A stretch of 24,000 nt of DNA. Origin: Bauldia sp. GTDB taxonomy: Bacteria; Pseudomonadota; Alphaproteobacteria; Rhizobiales; Kaistiaceae. Positions within the stretch are counted from its first letter, which is position 1. Every line of letters starts with the position of its first letter. The stretch covers positions 1 to 24,000 of the forward strand of contig JAGRKZ010000094.1 in the NCBI GenBank assembly GCA_020442065.1. Direction: 5' to 3'. The position numbers and the translations under genes were made by a program. This document shows, piece after piece, positions 1 to 8,889 of the stretch. Under the pieces are notes generated by a model. That model saw only the letters and a list, made by a program, of their open reading frames with translations, ran no database searches and had not been told where the DNA came from.

Positions 1-22
1 TCGATTCCCCTCGGCTCCACCA
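1..22 (+). tRNA. 3' end of a tRNA gene (partial; 5' part lies outside the window). The acceptor is compatible with tRNA-Ala type
   Basis: The window opens with TCGATTCCCCTCGGCTCCACCA. This reads as the rest of a T-loop (TTCGATT), a 5-nt T-stem 3' arm (CCCCT), a 7-nt acceptor 3' strand (CGGCTCC), discriminator A and an encoded CCA. U at position 70 would allow a G3:U70 pair, but the anticodon is not visible. Confidence 0.55.
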
Positions 23-26
23 TTCA

Positions 27-63
27 GCGATTCAGTTTGTCGATTTTTGTTTTGCTGAATCGC
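27..63. other. Inverted repeat GCGATTCAG-N19-CTGAATCGC in an AT-rich spacer just 3' of the tRNA end
   Basis: Perfect 9-bp arms at 27-35 and 55-63 with a T-rich 19-nt loop. ATTCAG also occurs twice in direct orientation (22-27 and 30-35). Function unknown; it could be a tRNA terminator or a recombination/att-like site. Confidence 0.4.
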
Positions 64-255
64 ACGGTGCCTCGTGCTGCCCCACTGCTTATCCCAGCCA
101 TTCCTGCTGCATGGCTCGTGCGACATGCCCGTTGCGACGGGGGACACGGCCAGCATCGAGAGCGCGCTTCTCAGTGTGGCCGGCCGCTGCCATAGCTTGA
201 TCAGCCTCTGCGTCATTGGACGTTAGGAACCGCTGCTGGCCGTTGGTCCTGACCG

Positions 256-1620
256 CTACGCCAGCCCGCGCTCCCCCGCCACATGCCGCACGGCCTCGGC
301 GGCTGCCGAGACGGCGCGGTCGAGATGCTCGCGCTCGGAGATGAGGGGCGGCGCCATCTCGAAGGCGGAGACGCCGATGCCGCTCGCCAGCACCCCCGCC
401 TCCCGCATGTGGCGAACCACCGCCTTCACCGTATCGTCGGTGAACGGCGCCCGGGTCTTGCGGTCGGAGGTAAAGTCCACCGCCACCCACATGCCGACGC
501 CTCTCACGTCGCCAACGATAGCCTCCCCGCGGAGCGCGTCCTTGAGCGCCTCGAGGAAGTAACGGCCGTTTTCACGGGCACGCTCGATCACGCCGTCGCG
601 CTGGCAGATGGCGATGTTCGCCGTCGCCGCCGCCACGCCACCGCCATGGCCGCTAAAGGTGTGGACGTGGCGGAAGACGGGAAGCGCCTCCAAGAGTTCG
701 GCGCGCGTCATCATCGCCCCCATCGGGAAATAGCCGGCGGTCATCGCCTTGGCCATGGTCATGATGTCGGGTTCGATGCCGTAGTGCTCGCTCGCGAACC
801 ATGCCCCGGTACGCCCGAAGCCGGTGATCACCTCGTCGATGATCAGAAGCACGCCGTACTTGTCGCAGATCTCGCGCACTCGCCGGAAGTACGCGGCCGA
901 GGGTGGCTGGACGCCGTTCGCCTGCATGATCGGCTCGGCAATGAAGGCCGCCACGAGATCAGGGCCCTCGTGCTCGATCTGCTTCTCGAGATAGTCGGCG
1001 CAGAAGGCCTCGTATTCGTCGTCCGGCATGCCGAAGGGGTTGCGGTAGCGGGTCGGGGCGGGGATCAGCGTCGTCCCCGGCACCCCCGGCTCGGAGATGT
1101 GGCGGGTGCCGAGCCAGTCGGTGACCGAGAGGGCGCCCATGGTCGAACCGTGATAGGCCCCCCACCGCGCGATCACCTTGTAGGCTCTGGGCTTCTTGCC
1201 GCTCACCACCTGGTATTGCTTGGCGAGCTTCAGCGCCGCCTCGACCGCCTCGGAGCCGCCGCTCACATACATGACCTGCGAGAGCCGGCCCGGTGCGAGA
1301 TCGGCCAGTTTCGCCGCAAGGGTCACCGCCGGCGCGACGAAATTGTCGTAGGTGCCGACATAGTGAAGGCGCCCGAGCTGCTCGTAGACGGCGCGGGCGA
1401 TCTCGTCGTTGCCGTAGCCGAGCGAGTTGGCCCGCGTGTGCGAGCTCATCATGTCGAGGTAGACCCGGCCCTCCTGGTCGACGAGTTCGACACCGCGTCC
1501 CTCGACATAGATGTTGGGGCCGTCGCGATGGACGTCCTCGACCCGTGCCAGGGGGAAGATGCAGTGGTCCAGTGCGTCCCGGCGCATCTGGTCGATGTTG
1601 GCTCCCTCCAGCGACTTCAT
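256..1620 (-). CDS. Class-III (omega) PLP-dependent aminotransferase
   Basis: The 487-aa ORF was trimmed to the internal ATG at 1620 (MKSLEG...), which has GGAGA 6-10 nt upstream. Class-III hallmarks are present: YVSGGSEAVEAALKLA, LIIDEVITGFGRTG, and the PLP lysine in DIMTMAKAMTAGY. Confidence 0.9.
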   Translation of the reverse strand: MKSLEGANIDQMRRDALDHCIFPLARVEDVHRDGPNIYVEGRGVELVDQEGRVYLDMMSSHTRANSLGYGNDEIARAVYEQLGRLHYVGTYDNFVAPAVTLAAKLADLAPGRLSQVMYVSGGSEAVEAALKLAKQYQVVSGKKPRAYKVIARWGAYHGSTMGALSVTDWLGTRHISEPGVPGTTLIPAPTRYRNPFGMPDDEYEAFCADYLEKQIEHEGPDLVAAFIAEPIMQANGVQPPSAAYFRRVREICDKYGVLLIIDEVITGFGRTGAWFASEHYGIEPDIMTMAKAMTAGYFPMGAMMTRAELLEALPVFRHVHTFSGHGGGVAAATANIAICQRDGVIERARENGRYFLEALKDALRGEAIVGDVRGVGMWVAVDFTSDRKTRAPFTDDTVKAVVRHMREAGVLASGIGVSAFEMAPPLISEREHLDRAVSAAAEAVRHVAGERGLA

Positions 1621-1934
1621 GGCTTGTCTCCCCAGCCCCGCCTTGGCCCGACGAAAGGCGCAATTCAATTCGATCCGCAAGGGCCTGAGTTTGAGACTAA
1701 CCGAAGTCAATTGCGTCAAGGGCGGATTTAACCCCTGGCCGCGACGGGTGACCTCTGGTCGACCCGGTGTTTGTCACGGGGTCGCATCCAGCGCGCGTCC
1801 AGCGCGTCTGCGGCGCACCAGGCCTATGGCCTCGTGCTGGCAAGAAGACACCCGCGTCGAGTGGCACTCCATGAGAACCGGCAGATCCCAACGGGGCAAC
1901 GTCAGGCCCAACCTGCCGTGAGCGGGGCGGGGGA

Positions 1935-1978
1935 TTGACGATGCGCACAGGATGATGATTAGATCGTCAGGTTGACGA
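1935..1978 (+). promoter_or_regulatory. Candidate promoter/operator of the ROK-led operon
   Basis: AT-richer patch holding TTGACG (1935-1940), an 18-nt spacer and TTAGAT (1959-1964). The inverted repeat TGACGAT (1936-1942) / ATCGTCA (1963-1969) brackets the putative -35 and -10. A second TTGACGA copy sits at 1972-1978. AGGA lies 8 nt before the GTG start at 1997. Confidence 0.3.
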
Positions 1979-1996
1979 ACTAATAGGATCATTGGC

Positions 1997-3217
1997 GTGC
2001 GGCCTGAACGCTCCAAACCCGTGCTTCGTCAGATTTCGCTGGGATCCGTCATGGACGCGATCATCAGCCATGGGCCGATCTCGCGCGCGCAGATCGCCAA
2101 GCTCACCCGGATCAGCAAGCAGACCGCGTCCGAGGTCGTGCGCGAGCTCGAGGCTGGCGGATGGGTCCGGGTGCATGGCCAGACGCAGGGCGGCGTCGGC
2201 CGTACCGCTGTTACCTACGAGATCCGGCCCGAGGCGGCCTATGTTGTCGGCGTCGACCTTGGTGGCACCCAGGTCCGCATGGCCATCGCCAACCTTGCCT
2301 GTGTGGTCGTCGCCGAGGCCTTCGAGCCGACCGATCCCCGCGGCGGCGAGGCCGTTCTCGCCCAGATCGTGGCGTTGGCGACGCGGCTGGCGCGGGACAA
2401 CGGCATCGCGCCGGAGCGCATCCGGCTGGCGGTCATCGGCACTCCCGGCGTGCTCGACCCCGCTGCCGGCGCGGTGCGGCTTGCGCCGAACATTCCCGGC
2501 TTCGACCGGATCGATGTGGTGGGTCTGCTCGAGGACGCGTTCGGCGCCGACGTCATTGTCGAGAACGACGTCAATGTCGGCGCCCTCGGGGAGCGCTGGC
2601 TGGGTCGTGCCCGCGGGATGGAGACTTTCGCCTACATCGCGCTGGGCACCGGCCTCGGCATGGGCATCGTGTCGGAGGGCAAGATCATTCGCGGCGCCCA
2701 TGGCGGTGCTGGCGAGATCGCCAACCTGCCGATCGGCGCCGACCCCTTCGATCCGGTCAGCCGCGTCCATGGTACGCTTGAGGGCGCGGTCGGCTCGGCC
2801 GGCATCGTCGCCCGCTATGTCGCGGCCGGTGGAGTGGCGGGCGCAACGGTCCGCGACCTGTTCGAGCGACTGGACGAGGATGCCCGGGCCCGCGCCGCGA
2901 TCGACGAGACCGCGCGCCTGATGGCCCTCGCGATTGTCGCCGTCGTCGCCACCATCGATCCGGCCATGGTTGTCCTCGGCGGCAGCATCGGGGCGCGGCC
3001 GGAGTTCGTCTCCGCCGTACAGGCGTACCTCGGCCGGCTGCTGGCCGCACCGCCGCCGGTGGAGGCGAGTGCGCTCGGCAACCGCTCGGGCATCGCCGGC
3101 GCGCTCGCGATCGGCATCAACAACATCCACAATGCACTCTTTGCGCCGACCTTTGCTTCGACCGGCCTGTCGCTGCCGGCGATCGAGGACATCGCCGGAC
3201 TTGGGGTTGCCCCATGA
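1997..3217 (+). CDS. ROK-family transcriptional regulator (N-terminal winged HTH plus ROK sugar-kinase-like domain)
   Basis: GTG start. The HTH segment is GPISRAQIAKLTRISKQTASEVVRELEAGGWV. It is followed by the actin-fold motifs VGVDLGGTQVR, ENDVNVGALGE and GAHGGAGEI. Confidence 0.88.
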   Translation: MRPERSKPVLRQISLGSVMDAIISHGPISRAQIAKLTRISKQTASEVVRELEAGGWVRVHGQTQGGVGRTAVTYEIRPEAAYVVGVDLGGTQVRMAIANLACVVVAEAFEPTDPRGGEAVLAQIVALATRLARDNGIAPERIRLAVIGTPGVLDPAAGAVRLAPNIPGFDRIDVVGLLEDAFGADVIVENDVNVGALGERWLGRARGMETFAYIALGTGLGMGIVSEGKIIRGAHGGAGEIANLPIGADPFDPVSRVHGTLEGAVGSAGIVARYVAAGGVAGATVRDLFERLDEDARARAAIDETARLMALAIVAVVATIDPAMVVLGGSIGARPEFVSAVQAYLGRLLAAPPPVEASALGNRSGIAGALAIGINNIHNALFAPTFASTGLSLPAIEDIAGLGVAP

Positions 3218-4485
3218 GCGCCGCCGGCAGCAACAGCCTCGCCGGAATGCTCGACGGTACCCGCCGCGCCCGGGCGGTCGAGACGCTTCGCAGCATCATT
3301 GCCTGTCCGAGCGTCACCGGTGACGAGGCAAACGTGGTCGTCCGCCTCGCCGAACTGATGCCGCTCGCCGGGATCGATCCGGTCACCGTGCGCGATTTCC
3401 TGCCGGGCCGCCCCAACGTCTGGGGCGTCAGGAAGGGGCAGGGCGGCGGCCCCACCCTCCTGCTGCTCGGGCACACCGACGTCGTCCATGCCCGTGGCTG
3501 GAGCCAGCGTTGGGCCGGCACTGAGCGCGAGGACCCGTTCGGGGCCGCCGTGGTCGACGGTGAGATCTGGGGGCGCGGCGCCGCCGACCTCAAGGCCGGG
3601 ATCGCCACCGTCGTCGAGGCGCTGCGCCTCATCGAGGATGCCGGGCTTCGGCTTGCGGGCGATGTCGTCACGGCCTTCATCGGCGACGAGGAGAGCGGCG
3701 AGCCCGGCACCGGCGTCAGCGCCGGCATGAAGGCGCTCGCCGCGGCCCTCGACGCAGGCGAGGTGCAGCGGCCCGACTTCGCCGTCTACGTCGAGCCGAC
3801 CCGACTCGATGTCTACCCGGCGCAGATGGGCTTCTTCATCGCCGACATCACCGTCGAGGGACGGACGGCCTATTTCGGTACGCCCGAGCTCGGGGCCGAC
3901 GCCCTCAAGGCCGCCCACGCCATCCTTGCGGCGCTCTGGGCGCACTCCGCGGCGCTCACCGAGGCGGAGCATCATCCCCTGGTCGGCCGCTCTTTCCTGG
4001 TCGTCACCGGCATCGAGGGCGGCGGCCTCATCGCCGTGCCCGAGCGCTGCCGGATCAGTCTCATCCGCAAGCTCCGCCCGGGCGAAGACCTCAGCGCCGC
4101 CCGCGACGCGCTCGAGGCAGCGGTCCGCGGCGCCGTGAGCGATCCCGACATCAGGGTCTCCTTCGACTACCCCGCCGGTCGCGACCACGCCGTCGGCGGA
4201 ATGGCGAGCGAAGTCGATCCCGCGATTGCGCCGGTCGCCGAGCTCGTCCGGTGCGCCAACGCCGTCCGTCCCGACCGCGGCCGGGTCGAAGGTGCGCCGT
4301 TCTGGTCCGAGGCGTCCTTCCTGGTCAGCCGCGGCATACCGGCGGTCTATTTCGCACCGGGCGACATCCGGATCTGCCATTCGCTCGAGGAGCGGGTGCC
4401 GGTCGACGAGTACATCGACGGCATCGCCATCCTTGCCGAGTTCATCGCCCGCTACTGCGGCGTGGCGCATGAAGGGAAGACCTGA
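3214..4485 (+). CDS. M20-family metallo-amidohydrolase (ArgE/DapE/acylase-like deacylase)
   Basis: ATGA overlap with the ROK stop codon. M20 motifs are present: LLLLGHTDVV, WGRGAADLKAG and FIGDEESGE. Confidence 0.88.
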   Translation: MSAAGSNSLAGMLDGTRRARAVETLRSIIACPSVTGDEANVVVRLAELMPLAGIDPVTVRDFLPGRPNVWGVRKGQGGGPTLLLLGHTDVVHARGWSQRWAGTEREDPFGAAVVDGEIWGRGAADLKAGIATVVEALRLIEDAGLRLAGDVVTAFIGDEESGEPGTGVSAGMKALAAALDAGEVQRPDFAVYVEPTRLDVYPAQMGFFIADITVEGRTAYFGTPELGADALKAAHAILAALWAHSAALTEAEHHPLVGRSFLVVTGIEGGGLIAVPERCRISLIRKLRPGEDLSAARDALEAAVRGAVSDPDIRVSFDYPAGRDHAVGGMASEVDPAIAPVAELVRCANAVRPDRGRVEGAPFWSEASFLVSRGIPAVYFAPGDIRICHSLEERVPVDEYIDGIAILAEFIARYCGVAHEGKT

Positions 4486-4516
4486 GGACGCAAGGGAAAA
4501 AAGGGAGAACTGAGAT

Positions 4517-5581
4517 ATGAAACCGCGGGTTGGAATGGGACTGACGACGCTGGCCTTCCTGGCCGGCCTTGCATCGATGCCGGCGCTGGCCCAGACGATG
4601 GGCCCGGGCGGCGAGAGCCCGACGGCGTCGAGCGAGGTCATGCTGACGGACGCCGAGGTCGATCAGATCAAGGGCATGAACGCGACGGCCGCGCTCCTGT
4701 GGCACACGTCGTCGGACTTCGTGAACGCCGTCACCGCCGGCGCCAATGATGCCTTCGACAAGCTTGGCATCAAGGTCGTGGCCACCACCGATGCCGGCTT
4801 CGATTCGGCCAAGCAGATGAGCGACATCGAGACCGTGCTCGCCAAGAAGCCGAGCATCATCCTCGCGCTGCCGCTCGACCCGACCACGTCGGCACAGGCC
4901 TTCAAGCCGGCCGTCGATGCCGGGGTGAAGATCGTCCTCCTCTCCAACGTCCCGGCCGGCTACGTGCAGGGCAAGGACTATGTTGGCATCGTCACCGACG
5001 ATCTGTTCCAGATGGGCAAGCAGGCGGCCGATGCGCTGGCGGCGTCGATCGGCGGCAAGGGCAAAGTGGCCTGGATCTTCCACGACGCGCAGTACTATGT
5101 GACCAACCAGCGCGACAACGCCTTCAAGACGACGATCGAGAAGGACTATCCCGAGATCGAGATCGTCGCCGAGGCCGGTCTCGCCGATCCCGCGCGGGCC
5201 GAGGAGATCGCCAATGCGCTCCTCCTCAAGAACCCCGACCTCGACGGCATCTATGCGCCGTGGGCCGAGCCTGCGGAGGGCGTGCTCGCCGCGCTCCGCG
5301 CCAGCGGCAACACCACCACCAAGGTCGTCACCCTCGACCTGTCCGAGCCAATCGGTCTCGACATGGTCAAGGGCGGCAACGTCGCGGCCATCACCGCCGA
5401 CGAGGCCTATGAGCTTGGCCGCACCATGGCGACGGTGGGCGCCTATGGCCTGATCGGCAAGGAGGCGCCGGCCTTCTCGGTCGCGCCGGCGATCACGGTG
5501 ACCAAGGACAACGTCATCGAGGGCTGGAAGCGCTCGCTCAATCGCGAGCCGCCGCAGAGCATTCTCGACGCGCTGAACTAG
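4517..5581 (+). CDS. Periplasmic substrate-binding protein, sugar-type (PBP1 / RbsB-FrcB-like), copy 1
   Basis: GGGAGA RBS and signal peptide MKPRVGMGLTTLAFLAGLASMPALAQ. It has the length and pattern of type-I periplasmic binding proteins and sits next to an RbsC-type permease. Confidence 0.85.
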   Translation: MKPRVGMGLTTLAFLAGLASMPALAQTMGPGGESPTASSEVMLTDAEVDQIKGMNATAALLWHTSSDFVNAVTAGANDAFDKLGIKVVATTDAGFDSAKQMSDIETVLAKKPSIILALPLDPTTSAQAFKPAVDAGVKIVLLSNVPAGYVQGKDYVGIVTDDLFQMGKQAADALAASIGGKGKVAWIFHDAQYYVTNQRDNAFKTTIEKDYPEIEIVAEAGLADPARAEEIANALLLKNPDLDGIYAPWAEPAEGVLAALRASGNTTTKVVTLDLSEPIGLDMVKGGNVAAITADEAYELGRTMATVGAYGLIGKEAPAFSVAPAITVTKDNVIEGWKRSLNREPPQSILDALN

Positions 5582-5649
5582 GGCTCCATCGCCGCGGGCG
5601 GCTTCCCGCCCGCGGCGATCCCGCACCCCAACCACAAGGAGGAAGGGCC

Positions 5650-6708
5650 ATGACCCGTTTCGTTGGGAGACTCGTACTCGCCGCGGCAGCGCTTGCCGCA
5701 TCCACCGCGCTCGCCACCGCCGGAACTACGACCGGGCCGAACGGCGAGACCGCGGTTCCGGCCGCGAGCGTGACGCTGACGCCGGAGCAGGAAGCAAAGA
5801 TCAGGGAGGGCCACTACACCGCGGGCCTCGCCTGGCATACGCCGTCCGACTACACCGCCGCTGTCGATCGCGGCGCCAAGGACGAGTTCGAGCGCCTCGG
5901 CATCGAGGTCGTCGCGGAGTCCGACGCCGGCTTCGACCCCGCCAAGCAGAAGAACGACGTCGAGACGATGATGGCCAAGAAGCCGACCATCATCCTGTCG
6001 CTTCCGGTCGATCCCGATACGGCCGCGGAGGTCTACCGGCCGGCGCTGGAAGCCGGCACGAAGGTCGCTTTCGTCGACAACGCGCCGAAGGGGTTCGTTC
6101 AGGGGACCGACTACGTCACCATCGTGTCCGACGACCTCTTCCAGATGGGCGAGAAGGCGGCCGACGCCATGGCGGCGGCGATCGGTGGCAAGGGCAAGGT
6201 CGGGTACCTCTTCCACGACGCCAATTTCTACGTCACCAACCAGCGTGACGGCGCCTTCAAGGAGACGATCGAGACCAGGTATCCCGATATCGAGATCGTC
6301 GCCGAGATGGGGCTTGCCGATCCGGCCAAGGCCGAGGACGTGATCAACGCCTTCATGCTCAAGAACCCCGATCTCGACGCCGTCTACGTCACCTGGGCGG
6401 AGCCGGCGGAGTTCGTCCTTGCGGCGCTCCGCAACAACGGCGACGACCACACCAGGATCGTCACCCTCGACCTCTCCGAGCCGCTGGCGCTCGACATGGT
6501 CAAGGACGGCAACGTCGCGGCCATCGTCGCCGACGAGGCCTACGCCATCGGCCAGACCCTCGCCCGCGCCGCTGCGGCGTCGCTGGTCGGCGAAAAGCTC
6601 GAGCCGTTCTATGCGGTCGATGCCATCGCAGTAACCAAGGACAACATCGAGGACGGCTGGTTCAAGTCACTCCATCGCGAGCCGCCGGCCTCGCTGACCG
6701 GGGGCTAG
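5650..6708 (+). CDS. Periplasmic substrate-binding protein, sugar-type, copy 2 (paralog of 4517..5581)
   Basis: AGGAGG RBS and signal peptide ...AAAALAASTALATA. It is colinear with copy 1 along its full length, for example DAGFD.AKQ..D.ET..AKKP.IIL.LP.DP, DDLFQMG..AADA.AA.IGGKGKV, FHDA..YVTNQRD.AFK.TIE..YP.IEIVAE.GLADPA.AE and VTLDLSEP..LDMVK.GNVAAI.ADEAY. Confidence 0.85.
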   Translation: MTRFVGRLVLAAAALAASTALATAGTTTGPNGETAVPAASVTLTPEQEAKIREGHYTAGLAWHTPSDYTAAVDRGAKDEFERLGIEVVAESDAGFDPAKQKNDVETMMAKKPTIILSLPVDPDTAAEVYRPALEAGTKVAFVDNAPKGFVQGTDYVTIVSDDLFQMGEKAADAMAAAIGGKGKVGYLFHDANFYVTNQRDGAFKETIETRYPDIEIVAEMGLADPAKAEDVINAFMLKNPDLDAVYVTWAEPAEFVLAALRNNGDDHTRIVTLDLSEPLALDMVKDGNVAAIVADEAYAIGQTLARAAAASLVGEKLEPFYAVDAIAVTKDNIEDGWFKSLHREPPASLTGG

Positions 6709-6712
6709 GTCG

Positions 6713-7666
6713 ATGGCGGGGAAGCTGGCGCAGCTCAGGTCCGTCGATCCGAGCCAATACATTGTCTATGTCGGCTTCGTGCTGATCCTGATCGGCTTTT
6801 CGATCGTCCTTCGCGACGACGGCTTCCTCACCACCCGCAATCTCCTCAACATCGTCCAGCAGACCACGCCGGTCACCATCATGGCGGTCGGCATGGTCTT
6901 CGTCCTCACCGCCGGCGAGATCGACCTCTCGATCGGGCCGATCGTCGCGGTGTCCGCGCTCCTCGCCTCGCTGGTCCTGCGCGAGAGCTTCTGGCCGCTG
7001 GGGGCGGCCGTCGGCCTGCTCGCCGGCGCCGCCATCGGCGCGGTGAACGGCGTCCTCGTCGCCTATGTGCGGCTGCCTTCGTTCCTGGTGACGCTCGCCA
7101 CCATGGGCTTCCTGTCCGGGGTCGCGCGCTGGATCACCGACCTCCAGTCGGTGCCGATCACCAACGACACCTTCAATGCCATCTTCGGCGCCGGTAGCCT
7201 GTTCGGCGTGCCGTCGCTGCTGATCTGGACCGTCGCCATCGTCCTCGTCGGCCATTTCTTCTATCACGAGACCCGCTACGGCGCGCATGTCCACGCCATC
7301 GGCGACAGCGCTCATAGCGCCCGCGCCGTCGGCATCAAGGTCGACCGCGTCCGCTTCTCGGTGATGGTGCTCTCCGGCGTCGCAGCAGGGCTCGCCGGCC
7401 TCCTCTACGCCGGCCGCCTCCACGGTGCCCGCTATACGCTGGGCGAGACCGACCTTCTCACCGTCATCGCGGCGGTCATCGTCGGCGGCACCCGCCTCAA
7501 CGGCGGCGTCGGCACGATCTTCGGCGCCCTCATCGGCTCGCTGCTGATGGGCCTTCTCAACAACGGCCTGATCCTGATGGGCCTCAGCGTCTCGGAGCAG
7601 TTGATGGTCCGCGGCCTCATCATCCTCGCCGCGATCGCGCTGACCTTGCGCGAGGCGCGGAGATAG
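6713..7666 (+). CDS. ABC transporter permease, RbsC/FrcC type
   Basis: Hydrophobic 317-aa protein with multiple TM segments. It carries the typical TAGEIDLSIGP and GGTRLNGGVG motifs of monosaccharide-type (CUT2-like) permeases. Confidence 0.88.
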   Translation: MAGKLAQLRSVDPSQYIVYVGFVLILIGFSIVLRDDGFLTTRNLLNIVQQTTPVTIMAVGMVFVLTAGEIDLSIGPIVAVSALLASLVLRESFWPLGAAVGLLAGAAIGAVNGVLVAYVRLPSFLVTLATMGFLSGVARWITDLQSVPITNDTFNAIFGAGSLFGVPSLLIWTVAIVLVGHFFYHETRYGAHVHAIGDSAHSARAVGIKVDRVRFSVMVLSGVAAGLAGLLYAGRLHGARYTLGETDLLTVIAAVIVGGTRLNGGVGTIFGALIGSLLMGLLNNGLILMGLSVSEQLMVRGLIILAAIALTLREARR

Positions 7667-7677
7667 GAGACGAACAG

Positions 7678-8877
7678 ATGTTTCTCGACCCCATCCGCCG
7701 CCGCAATCCCCGCCTAGTCGAAGCGGCGATCGCGCTGCATCAGGCCGGCAGGATCCCAGCCAACACCTACCTCATCGATCTCGACGCGGTCGAGGAGAAC
7801 GCCCGGATCATCGCCGACGAGGCGTCCCGGCTTGGACTCACCGCCTTCGCCATGACCAAGCAGATGGGCCGCAACGGCGACTACTGCCGGGCGATCGTGC
7901 GCGGCGGGATCGAATCGTCCGTCAATGTCGACATGGAGTGCGTGCGGGCAACCCGCCGCGCCGGAATGCGGATCGGCCACCTCGGCCACCTGGTTCAGAT
8001 CCCGCGGGCCGAGGCCGACGCGGCGTCGTCCTTTGCGCCCGATTTCTGGACCGTCTTCAACGACGAGAAGGCCGCCGAGGCGGCGGCTGCGTCCGCTCGC
8101 TCCGGCCGTACCCAGGCGATGCTCGCCCGCATCCAGCACCAGGGCGACACCTTCTATCGTGGTCACGAGGGCGGCTTCGCTTCGGGCGACATCGTCGCCG
8201 TTGCCGACCGTATCGACGCCATGGATGGCGGTCGCTTCGCCGGCATCACGACGTTTCCGGCGCTGCTCTTCGACCAGGCGACCCGCAAGGTTGCGCCGAC
8301 GCCGAACCTTGCGACCCTCCACGGTGCCGCCGAGGCGCTGGCGAGGGCCGGCCGGAGCGGCGTCGCCATCAATGCGCCGGGCACGACCTCCGCCGCGATG
8401 CTGGCGGCGCTCGCCGACGCCGGCGCCACCCAGATCGAGCCAGGCCACGGGCTCACCGGCACCACGCCGCTTCACGCCGTCGAGGACCTGCCCGAGTTGC
8501 CGGCCGTGGTCTATGTCAGCGAGGTGTCCCATCATCACGGCACCGACGCCTACTGCTTCGGCGGCGGTCTCTATATCGATCCGATCTTTCCTGACTATCC
8601 GGTGCGGGCCGTGGTGGCGCGCGAGCCAACGGTCGCCGACGCCGCGCTTCGCGTCGTCGAGATCCCGCCGCCGGCGGCCATCGATTACTACGGCATGATC
8701 GACAGCACGTCCGGGCCGACGCGTCCGGCCGTCGGCGACACCGTCGTCTTCGGGTTCCGGCCGCAGGCGTTCGTCACGCGCGCCTATACCTGCGGCGTGA
8801 CGGGACTTTCGTCCGGCGAGCCGTCGCCCGCAGCCATCTACGACGCTTTCGGCCGCCCGGCCGACTGGCCTCTTTGA
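7678..8877 (+). CDS. Alanine-racemase-fold (fold-type III PLP) protein, YhfX-like
   Basis: AGGAGA RBS. The N-terminus MFLDPIRRRNPRLVEAAIALHQAGRIPANTYLIDLDAV, with a candidate PLP lysine in FAMTKQMGRN, matches my recollection of the YhfX-like predicted amino-acid racemase family. The exact activity is unknown. Confidence 0.6.
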   Translation: MFLDPIRRRNPRLVEAAIALHQAGRIPANTYLIDLDAVEENARIIADEASRLGLTAFAMTKQMGRNGDYCRAIVRGGIESSVNVDMECVRATRRAGMRIGHLGHLVQIPRAEADAASSFAPDFWTVFNDEKAAEAAAASARSGRTQAMLARIQHQGDTFYRGHEGGFASGDIVAVADRIDAMDGGRFAGITTFPALLFDQATRKVAPTPNLATLHGAAEALARAGRSGVAINAPGTTSAAMLAALADAGATQIEPGHGLTGTTPLHAVEDLPELPAVVYVSEVSHHHGTDAYCFGGGLYIDPIFPDYPVRAVVAREPTVADAALRVVEIPPPAAIDYYGMIDSTSGPTRPAVGDTVVFGFRPQAFVTRAYTCGVTGLSSGEPSPAAIYDAFGRPADWPL

Positions 8878-8889
8878 GCCGAGGGAATC

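Noticed and set aside
1-255. Two-piece (permuted) alphaproteobacterial tmRNA beginning with the CTCCACCA acceptor end
   Set aside because: The acceptor end is tmRNA/tRNA-Ala-like. However, I found no downstream 5' acceptor strand (GGGGCYG-type) and no tag reading frame of the ANDN...AA type in 23-255. A plain tRNA is the simpler call.
283-1731. 482-aa plus-strand ORF, plus the 959..1663 and 1293..1688 ORFs
   Set aside because: They are antisense or out-of-frame shadows of the aminotransferase gene. Their Arg/Gly/Pro/His-rich low-complexity translation is typical of high-GC DNA, with no motifs and no RBS.
2815-4641. 608-aa minus-strand ORF, plus 1967..3130 (387 aa)
   Set aside because: They are antisense to the well-supported ROK and M20 genes. 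The composition is Arg/Gly/Asp/Ala-rich noise with no recognisable domains.
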